From Bdellovibrionota bacterium (lineage in GTDB: Bacteria > Bdellovibrionota_C > UBA2361 > OMII01): 15,114 nt of DNA. The translations under genes were made by a program, and so were the position numbers. Positions 8,301-15,114 of the stretch are shown here, in pieces. Location: contig JBIJBE010000083.1 in NCBI GenBank assembly GCA_044345405.1, positions 1-15,114 of the forward strand, written 5' to 3'. Below the pieces are notes generated by a model that worked only from the letters and a program-made list of their open reading frames with translations, ran no database searches and was not told the origin of the DNA. The stretch's first letter is position 1. Each line of letters opens with the position of its first letter.

Positions 8301-11300
8301 CAACCGCAACGGCAACCGCGACGGCGACCCAAACATCAACGAGCACTTCGACGGAGACGCCAACGGAGACACCAACAGCTACCAGCACGCTAACTCCGAC
8401 CACGACGCCAACGCAGAGCCCAACGGCGACGCCAACTGCTACCAGCACTCTAACTCCGACAACCACCGCAACGCAGACGCCAACGTCGACACCAACCGCT
8501 ACCACAACTGAAACCCCAACCACGACTCCAACCCAGAGCCCAACGGCGACGCCGAGTTCTACTGCGACTCCAACAGAGACACCGACCACCACTCCTACCG
8601 AGACCCTAACTGCTACGGCGACGGAAACCGCGACTGAGACTCCGACCAGTACCGCCACTCAGACAGTGACGATAACTCCAACTCAGACGCCAACGACGAC
8701 TCCAACCCAGACTCTCACAATAACCCCGTCGACAACCCCAACAACGACGCCGACTGAAACGGCGACAAGCACCGCGACAAGCTCTCCAACGGGCTCTCCG
8801 ACGACAACGCCAACGGTGACCCTCACCGCGACCCCGACAACCACCCCAACCGCTACCCGAACGTTTCTCCCAACACCAAGTTGCGGCAGCGGGGCATCGA
8901 GGAGCGCGGTGAGCTTCGACGGAGTTAATGACTCCGTCGACTTCACAGGAGGGGCGACGTTCACCGATTTCACCATCTCCGCTTGGGTTAAGTTTGACAC
9001 CGTGAGCACCGCGCAGACGGTTGTTGTTCATTCGGCGGGTAATCCCCAACTGAACTTCACGAATGCAATCTTCCTTCAGAACGGACGGATCACGGCCTAC
9101 GTACACGATGGCGCCACCACCTTCTTGAATGGTCCCTTCGCTTCCGCGGGCGCGTGGTACCACGTCGTGCTAACAGGTAAGAGCGGTAATACAGCTAGGC
9201 TCTACGTAAACGGAACCCTTGAAGTGAGTCAGAGTATCGGAACGTTATGGGCATCAGGTAGCTCATGGCATCTTGGACCGCAGGCATCAAACTCGTCGTG
9301 GGGATTCCTTGATGGTACGGTGGATGATTTCCGCGTGTGGCAGACGGTGCTCTCCGCACCGCAGGTAGGCAACCTCTATGCATCGGGTTCCGCCTCGTGC
9401 GCCGCGGTTGATATTCCCTATCTCTGGTGGGCGCTAGATGACGGCACGGGAACCACCGCCAGTGATAGCGGCGGAAACTCCCGCACTGGAACATTAACGA
9501 ACGGAGCCACGTGGACGAGCGACGCGTTTGTATGCTGCACCGCGGCGAATATAGCTTCTCCGACGCCAACAAACACTAATACCCCAACGGCAACGACAAC
9601 CTCCACGGTGACCACAACGCCCACGACCACCCCTACCGCTACCTCCACGACGACGCCCACGGTATCACCGACCGCTTCTGCCACTCAGACACCGACGGCA
9701 ACTCCGACCGAGACACCTACGGAAACTCCAACCCTGACGCCGACGATGACGCCGACGGAGACTCCGACCCAATCCGCCACTCCTACCTCTTCACCGACCG
9801 TCACCGCAACGAGCACGGCGACCAGTACTCCAACGGAAACACCGACAGAGACCCCGACAGTTACGCCAACAGAGACCCCGACGACTACGCCGACTGAGAC
9901 ACCGACCACCACCCCGACTCAGACCCCAACGACCACGCCGACAGAGACCCCAACAACGACCCCGACTGAAACGCCGACGACGACGCCGACGGAGACCCCA
10001 ACGACGACGCCGACCGAGACGCCGACAAGAACACCCACGGAAACCCCTACATCAACGCCAACGGAAACGCCGACGACCACGCCAACCGAAACGCCAACGA
10101 GTACGCCGACGGAGACTCCGACAACAACTCCTACCCAGACTCCAACGACAACCACAACGCCAACCGAAACGCCAACAACGACGCCAACGGAAACGCCAAC
10201 AACCACCCCAACTGAGACGCCAACAACAACCCCGACGCAAACACCAACGACCACGCCGACGGAAACTCCAACGACGACGCCAACAGCAACACCAACCGCG
10301 ACGCCGACCGAGACGCCAACAACCACGCCGACCGAGACCCCAACGACGACGCCGACGGAGACTCCGACCACGACCCCAACGGAAACGCCGACGATGACGC
10401 CGACTGAGACTCCGACCACCACTCCAACGGAAACTCCGACGACAACGCCAACTGAGACCCCGACGACCACGCCGACAGAGACTCCGACGACGACACCAAC
10501 TGAAACCCCGACCACGACTCCAACTGAGACACCGACGACGACGCCAACGGAGACCCCGACGACGACGCCGACGGAGACTCCGACGACGACACCAACTGAA
10601 ACGCCGACAACGACGCCGACCGAGACGCCGACGACTACGCCCACTGAAACGCCGACGACGACCCCAACGGAGACACCTACCACGACTCCGACGGAGACCC
10701 CGACGACGACGCCAACGGAGACACCAACGACTACGCCGACGGAGACCCCGACCACGACCCCAACAGAGACGCCGACTACGACTCCAACGGAAACGCCAAC
10801 GACAACACCAACTGAGACTCCGACGACCACGCCGACGGAGACCCCGACCACGACACCAACTGAGACGCCGACGACGACGCCAACTGAGACCCCTACGACG
10901 ACGCCAACGGAGACACCGACCGAGACTCCAACGGAGACTCCGACAACCACACCGACGGAGACACCAACTACTACGCCAACCGAAACGCCGACGACGACGC
11001 CGACTGAGACGCCGACAACAACACCTACCGAAACACCGACCACAACGCCAACGGAGACTCCGACAACCACACCGACGGAGACACCAACTACTACGCCAAC
11101 CGAAACGCCGACGACGACGCCGACTGAGACGCCGACAACAACACCTACCGAAACACCGACCACAACGCCGACAGAGACGCCGACGACAACGCCAACGGAA
11201 ACTCCAACTACGACGCCCACTGAGACGCCGACAACGACACCGACGGAGACACCAACTACTACGCCAACCGAAACGCCGACGACGACGCCGACCGAGACGC

Positions 11301-14300
11301 CGACAACAACACCTACCGAAACACCGACCACAACTCCAACGGAGACCCCGACGACTACGCCGACCGAGACACCGACCACGACACCGACAGAAACGCCTAC
11401 AACCACGCCAACTGAGACTCCGACGACGACTCCAACGGAAACGCCGACAACGACCCCAACGGAGACCCCGACGACTACGCCGACTGAAACACCGACAACG
11501 ACGCCAACGGAAACGCCTACGACTACGCCGACCGAGACACCGACCACCACACCAACAGAAACGCCGACGACTACGCCGACGGAGACTCCGACGACTACGC
11601 CGACTGAAACGCCGACCACGACGCCAACGGAAACGCCTACAACTACGCCGACTGAGACTCCGACAACGACTCCAACGGAAACGCCGACAACGACGCCAAC
11701 CGAGACCCCGACGACCACGCCGACTGAAACGCCGACAACGACCCCAACGGAGACCCCGACGACTACGCCGACCGAGACACCGACCACGACACCGACAGAA
11801 ACGCCTACAACCACGCCGACTGAGACTCCGACGACGACTCCAACGGAAACGCCGACAACGACGCCAACCGAGACCCCGACGACTACGCCGACTGAAACAC
11901 CGACAACGACGCCGACGGAAACGCCTACAACTACGCCGACTGAGACACCGACTACGACGCCAACCGAGACTCCGACGACCACTCCAACTGAGACTCCGAC
12001 GACTACGCCGACCGAGACACCGACCACGACTCCAACGGAAACGCCTACGACGACGCCAACAGAGACCCCGACCACGACCCCGACGGAAACCCCAACGACG
12101 ACGCCAACGGAAACACCGACGACCACACCAACGGAGACCCCGACCACGACTCCAACGGAAACGCCTACGACGACGCCAACAGAGACCCCGACAACGACCC
12201 CGACGGAAACCCCAACGACGACGCCAACTGAAACGCCGACGACCACACCAACGGAGACCCCGACCACAACTCCAACGGAGACTCCAACTGAAACTCCAAC
12301 TGAGACTCCGACAACGACCCCGACGGAAACCCCAACGACGACGCCAACTGAAACTCCGACGACGACGCCGACAGAGACACCGACCACAACCCCAACGGAG
12401 ACTCCAACTGAAACTCCAACTGAGACTCCAACGACTACGCCGACCGAAACCCCGACCACCACGCCAACGGAAACTCCGACGACGACGCCGACCGAGACAC
12501 CGACCACGACACCAACAGAAACTCCGACGACGACGCCGACTGAAACTCCGACGACGACGCCAACTGAGACACCAACCACGACTCCAACTGAAACGCCGAC
12601 GACGACCCCGACGGAGACTCCGACCACCACTCCAACGGAGACTCCAACGCAAACTCCAACTGAGACACCGACGACGACGCCGACCGAAACACCGACAACC
12701 ACGCCGACGGAAACGCCGACGACGACGCCGACCGAGACCCCGACCACAACTCCAACGGAGACTCCAACTCAAACCCCAACGACGACTCCAACTGAAACGC
12801 CGACGACGACGCCGACGGAGACTCCGACCACCACTCCAACGGAGACTCCAACGCAAACTCCAACTGAGACCCCGACGACGACGCCGACCGAAACACCGAC
12901 AACCACGCCAACGGAAACGCCGACGACGACGCCAACAGAGACCCCGACCACAACTCCAACGGAGACTCCAACGCAAACTCCAACTGAGACTCCGACGACG
13001 ACGCCGACCGAAACACCGACAACCACGCCAACGGAAACGCCGACGACTACGCCGACTGAGACCCCGACCACAACACCAACGGAGACTCCAACGCAAACTC
13101 CAACTGAGACTCCGACGACGACGCCAACTGAGACACCAACCACGACTCCAACTGAAACGCCGACGACGACGCCGACCGAGACCCCGACAACTACTCCAAC
13201 GGAAACACCTACGCAGACCCCATCTGAGACGCCGACGACCACACCGACGACAACACCTACGGAGACACCAACGACCACGCCGACTGAGACGCCGACCTCG
13301 ACGCCAACGGAGACGCCGACTGCGACACCGACGACCACGCCGACGACCACTCCTACCGAGACTCCGACAGAAACGCCGACGGAAACGGCAACGGTAACGC
13401 CGACGGAGACCCCGACGGACACGCCGACTGAGACTCCAACCGTCACTCCAACGGAGACGCCGACAACAACGCCGACAAGCACGCCTACCGTAACCCCGAC
13501 GGAGACACCGACGGTTACGCCAACCGAAACGTCGACCGCGACCCCAACTCAGACCCCGACAACTACTCCGACAGAGACCTCAACAGCTACGCCGACCGAG
13601 ACGCCGACCCATACTCCCACTGAAACACCAACGAACACCCCAACGGAGACAGCTACCACTACGCCAACGAACACACCTTCGACCACTCCGACTGAGACCG
13701 CCACGGCAACTCCGACGGATACTCCGACCTCCACTCCAACGGAGACGCCAACCTCGACCCCGACCGAGACGGCGACGACGACTCCAACCGAAACGCCAAC
13801 AACTACCCCAACGGTTACGCCAACAAGTACGCCGAGCGAGACTCCGACCGATACGCCGACGGAGACCCCGACTACGACGCCTACCGAAACGCCGACGAAT
13901 ACCCCAACTGAGACGGCCACGCAGACCGCCACGACCACGCCGACTAGCACGACAACAAACACTCCGACCGCCACAGCCTCAGAGACACCGACAACCACAC
14001 CAACGGAGACGCCAACCACGACTCCGACGGAAACACCAACCAATACCCCTACAGAGACGGCGACGGTAACTACAACAGCCACGCCAACTACCACGCCGAC
14101 AGAGACGCCGACGAGTACTCCGACCTCTACCAGCACAACGACACCAACAGAGACGGCAACCGCTACACCAACGGCGACACCAACCGTTACAGCTACCGCG
14201 ACCGCTACGCTCACTCCGACAGAAACAGCTACGGTCACGAGTACCGCCACGGTAACGGTTACCCCGACCGAAACTCCGACCCGAACGCCGACCACGACCC

Positions 14301-15114
14301 CAACCGAGACCGCGACGGAGACGCCTACAAGAACGCCAACAACAACCCCGACCGAGACCGAAACCGCGACCCCGACCTCGAGCCCCACAAGCACTCCGAC
14401 CCAAACACCGACGGCGACCGTGACGGAAACAGCAACGACCACGCCGACCGAGACGCCAACGACAACACCAACCGAGACGCCGACTACGACCCCGACTGAA
14501 ACCCCAACAACGACCCCGACTGAGACGCCAACGGCAACGCCGACCGAGACCCCAACGACGACGCCAACCGAGACGCCAACATCGACTCCAAGCGAGACAC
14601 CGACTACGACGCCGACGGAAACGCCGACTACCACGCCGACGGAGACCCCAACGACGACGCCGACAGAGACCCCAACTACCACTCCGACTGAGACTCCGAC
14701 GGAAACACCTACTACCACGCCGACCGAGACCCCAACGACGACGCCGACGGAGACTCCAACTACGACTCCGACAGAGACGCCGACACAAACACCTACTACC
14801 ACTCCGACCGAGACCCCAACGACGACGCCGACGGAGACTCCAACTACGACTCCGACTGAGACGCCGACGGAAACACCTACTACTACACCGACCGAGACCC
14901 CAACGACGACTCCGACGGAGACTCCAACTACGACTCCGACAGAGACACCGACGCAAACGCCGACTACCACGCCGACCGAGACCCCAACGACGACGCCGAC
15001 GGAGACTCCAACTACGACTCCGACTGAGACGCCGACTGAAACGCCGACTACCACTCCGACCGAGACCCCAACGACGACGCCGACGGAGACTCCAACTACG
15101 ACTCCGACTGAGAC
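5315..15114 (+). CDS. Giant secreted or surface adhesin-like protein, 3'-partial (at least 3266 aa): hydrophobic leader, beta-propeller domains, LamG-like jelly-roll and very long Thr/Pro mucin-like stalk
   Basis: Frame 2 is open from ATG 5315 (first start after TAG 5294-5296) to the window end by manual translation. The minus-strand VGV shadow ORFs keep one register throughout, which argues against a frameshift. The start is uncertain (alternatives TTG 5360, ATG 5417, GTG 5684) and no clear Shine-Dalgarno was seen. Confidence 0.93.
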   Translation, partial: MNCANWPLGPPEPVALRTGGLVQRSRHYLLAIALMGVVYLLFDPHPVFSSTKNELRATSVSVDQRPNTHGYAATSLGVHYHPGDAPSDTPSDAKRIAEQGTTFADWEQSAGVGAVLFGLLSWFVVALRRVPRAKNSSLASTASYRAVNVAALLVYLVSLCALLAPQTVNAQSVVGASTSTSSTTSGGRKTFFDSGSANHWVFWYTGSQIDYASSSDASTWTTRGNLAYNTANFSVAFKVISGTSYVFLVSEANTHDVVMRRGTISGTTITFDSEVTVLDGTSASDKYILPSVALDTNDKVWTVAFKDLGAVGDRYHATARRTTNAGSSTLTFDTASSFGKPAISASSIAAVPLASGKMLAAVSGESGVNTIAYEYDGTSWSNAGGGGDVGAIQFGTFNSTVYAVARDSSGNLYAGGLFTTAGGTTANYIAKWNGTSWSALGTGMDSTVNALTIDASGNLYAGGAFATAGGTTVNYIAKWNGTSWSALGTGMDSTVNALTVDASGNLYAGGAFAAAGGTTANYIAKWNGTSWSALGTGMDSTVSALTVDASGNLYAGGEFTTAGGTSADRIAKWNGTSWSALGTGIDNSVYALTVDASGNLYAGGWFVTAGGTTVNFIAKWNGTSWSALGTGMDQIVYALTVDASGNLYAGGWFATAGGTTAYYIAKWNGTSWAALGTGVAGIGYALTLDSSSNLYVGYADGLSYTQPVAVNNQLSGSVGSLVSGPSNVPYLFYIDGNNDVQMKSYSGSPASWSSAATVYAGAASSLGAGYYSVTSKMVSWFLESGAIKYTEASSPYSSWSSPTTVSSANSPQSVAVSLSSDGNPQILGTWNRNGSSAGEVVSSLSGPTPTPTVTPTATSTSTPTETPTITPTGTATETGTATPTETPTTTPTETSTTTPTQTATTTPTETPTSTPTVTATTTPTETPTTTATQTPTITATETTTVTPTTTPTQTQTSTPTATPTPTNTHTPTSVTTAQAFAHGDGDYSVFGPTPTPTATATATATQTSTSTSTETPTETPTATSTLTPTTTPTQSPTATPTATSTLTPTTTATQTPTSTPTATTTETPTTTPTQSPTATPSSTATPTETPTTTPTETLTATATETATETPTSTATQTVTITPTQTPTTTPTQTLTITPSTTPTTTPTETATSTATSSPTGSPTTTPTVTLTATPTTTPTATRTFLPTPSCGSGASRSAVSFDGVNDSVDFTGGATFTDFTISAWVKFDTVSTAQTVVVHSAGNPQLNFTNAIFLQNGRITAYVHDGATTFLNGPFASAGAWYHVVLTGKSGNTARLYVNGTLEVSQSIGTLWASGSSWHLGPQASNSSWGFLDGTVDDFRVWQTVLSAPQVGNLYASGSASCAAVDIPYLWWALDDGTGTTASDSGGNSRTGTLTNGATWTSDAFVCCTAANIASPTPTNTNTPTATTTSTVTTTPTTTPTATSTTTPTVSPTASATQTPTATPTETPTETPTLTPTMTPTETPTQSATPTSSPTVTATSTATSTPTETPTETPTVTPTETPTTTPTETPTTTPTQTPTTTPTETPTTTPTETPTTTPTETPTTTPTETPTRTPTETPTSTPTETPTTTPTETPTSTPTETPTTTPTQTPTTTTTPTETPTTTPTETPTTTPTETPTTTPTQTPTTTPTETPTTTPTATPTATPTETPTTTPTETPTTTPTETPTTTPTETPTMTPTETPTTTPTETPTTTPTETPTTTPTETPTTTPTETPTTTPTETPTTTPTETPTTTPTETPTTTPTETPTTTPTETPTTTPTETPTTTPTETPTTTPTETPTTTPTETPTTTPTETPTTTPTETPTTTPTETPTTTPTETPTTTPTETPTTTPTETPTTTPTETPTTTPTETPTETPTETPTTTPTETPTTTPTETPTTTPTETPTTTPTETPTTTPTETPTTTPTETPTTTPTETPTTTPTETPTTTPTETPTTTPTETPTTTPTETPTTTPTETPTTTPTETPTTTPTETPTTTPTETPTTTPTETPTTTPTETPTTTPTETPTTTPTETPTTTPTETPTTTPTETPTTTPTETPTTTPTETPTTTPTETPTTTPTETPTTTPTETPTTTPTETPTTTPTETPTTTPTETPTTTPTETPTTTPTETPTTTPTETPTTTPTETPTTTPTETPTTTPTETPTTTPTETPTTTPTETPTTTPTETPTTTPTETPTTTPTETPTTTPTETPTTTPTETPTTTPTETPTTTPTETPTTTPTETPTTTPTETPTTTPTETPTTTPTETPTTTPTETPTTTPTETPTTTPTETPTTTPTETPTTTPTETPTTTPTETPTTTPTETPTTTPTETPTETPTETPTTTPTETPTTTPTETPTTTPTETPTTTPTETPTETPTETPTTTPTETPTTTPTETPTTTPTETPTTTPTETPTTTPTETPTTTPTETPTTTPTETPTTTPTETPTTTPTETPTQTPTETPTTTPTETPTTTPTETPTTTPTETPTTTPTETPTQTPTTTPTETPTTTPTETPTTTPTETPTQTPTETPTTTPTETPTTTPTETPTTTPTETPTTTPTETPTQTPTETPTTTPTETPTTTPTETPTTTPTETPTTTPTETPTQTPTETPTTTPTETPTTTPTETPTTTPTETPTTTPTETPTQTPSETPTTTPTTTPTETPTTTPTETPTSTPTETPTATPTTTPTTTPTETPTETPTETATVTPTETPTDTPTETPTVTPTETPTTTPTSTPTVTPTETPTVTPTETSTATPTQTPTTTPTETSTATPTETPTHTPTETPTNTPTETATTTPTNTPSTTPTETATATPTDTPTSTPTETPTSTPTETATTTPTETPTTTPTVTPTSTPSETPTDTPTETPTTTPTETPTNTPTETATQTATTTPTSTTTNTPTATASETPTTTPTETPTTTPTETPTNTPTETATVTTTATPTTTPTETPTSTPTSTSTTTPTETATATPTATPTVTATATATLTPTETATVTSTATVTVTPTETPTRTPTTTPTETATETPTRTPTTTPTETETATPTSSPTSTPTQTPTATVTETATTTPTETPTTTPTETPTTTPTETPTTTPTETPTATPTETPTTTPTETPTSTPSETPTTTPTETPTTTPTETPTTTPTETPTTTPTETPTETPTTTPTETPTTTPTETPTTTPTETPTQTPTTTPTETPTTTPTETPTTTPTETPTETPTTTPTETPTTTPTETPTTTPTETPTQTPTTTPTETPTTTPTETPTTTPTETPTETPTTTPTETPTTTPTETPTTTPTE
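5396..5824 (+). other. N-terminal leader of gene 2 with three hydrophobic segments; the third resembles a Sec/SPase I signal ending VNA|Q
   Basis: H1 [15 protein letters not shown] (5396-5440), H2 [18 protein letters not shown] (5642-5695), basic loop RRVPRAK, H3 [16 protein letters not shown] (5759-5806), then PQTVNA|QSVVG with predicted cleavage after 5824. Confidence 0.7.
5825..7849 (+). other. Probable non-repetitive (BNR/Asp-box-like) beta-propeller, split by the inserted repeat propeller
   Basis: Recurrent blade-end motifs: [12 protein letters not shown] (Asp-box-like), [61 protein letters not shown]. Short alternating hydrophobic strands occur throughout. Confidence 0.55.
6506..7408 (+). 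repeat. Six tandem 141-bp (47-aa) repeats plus a partial seventh; beta-propeller blades, consensus [47 protein letters not shown] (Rax2-like / delta-60-related bacterial propeller repeat)
   Basis: CGCCAAATGGAACGG recurs at 6601, 6742, 6883, 7024, 7165 and 7306, an exact 141-bp period. The degenerate seventh unit [19 protein letters not shown] lies at 7352-7408. The family name is from motif recall, not an HMM search. Confidence 0.9.
7853..8878 (+). repeat. Degenerate Thr/Pro-rich linker (~340 aa) between the propeller and LamG domains
   Basis: Frame 2 translation gives [21 protein letters not shown]..., with T at most alternate positions. Confidence 0.92.
8882..9538 (+). other. LamG-like / concanavalin-A-like lectin jelly-roll domain (Laminin_G_3 type)
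   Basis: Hallmark motifs [52 protein letters not shown] and [30 protein letters not shown]. Confidence 0.9.
9557..15114 (+). repeat. Coding tandem repeat (PTETPTTT)n, more than 1850 aa, open at the right edge; pure blocks at ~10300-13200 and ~14450-15114 flank a degenerate block
   Basis: Direct translation shows a 24-bp unit with scrambled synonymous codons and higher-order 84-, 120- and 168-bp periods. Confidence 0.97.

Noticed and set aside
9919-12747. Long minus-strand (VGVSVGVV)n ORFs, up to 942 aa (also 925-1143, 1393-2778, 2797-3276, 12769-13482, 13549-15054 and others)
   Set aside because: These are antisense shadows: Thr/Pro/Glu codons read GTN/GGN/TCN on the other strand and rarely give stops. 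They break where the sense strand has ACT-CAR (Thr-Gln) and carry no domains, whereas the + frame joins recognisable domains.
10052-13096. Arg/Gly/Trp/Cys-rich minus-strand ORFs (also 2066-3292, 13979-14956) and Ser-rich ones
   Set aside because: Other shadow frames of the same repeat. Their residues vary with the synonymous positions of the + frame, which shows selection acts on the + frame.

Overview
The window holds parts of two co-directional giant genes on the + strand, both in frame 2, separated by a 276-bp intergenic region. Neither is shown correctly in the supplied ORF track. Gene 1 (<2..5038) enters from the left as a stalk of at least ~1360 codons of (PTETPTTT)n Thr/Pro mucin-like repeats, interrupted by one in-frame TAA at 1082-1084. 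It ends in a ~315-aa Cys-containing C-terminal module with a strongly basic tail. Gene 2 (5315..>15114, at least 3266 codons) has no stop in the window, so the ORF track omits it. It encodes, in order: a leader with three hydrophobic segments ending in a signal-peptidase-like site (VNA|Q); a probable beta-propeller with a second propeller of six 141-bp repeats inserted inside it; a Thr/Pro linker containing a 15-aa island; a Cys-bracketed LamG/concanavalin-A-like jelly-roll; and more than 1850 residues of PTETPTTT repeats running off the right edge. The long minus-strand (VGVSVGVV)n and Arg-rich ORFs are shadows of the repeats. The locus looks like a tandem pair of bacterial mucin-like adhesin or surface-layer genes. 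No RNA genes, CRISPR arrays or mobile elements were seen. Domain calls come from reading motifs by eye, with no database search.
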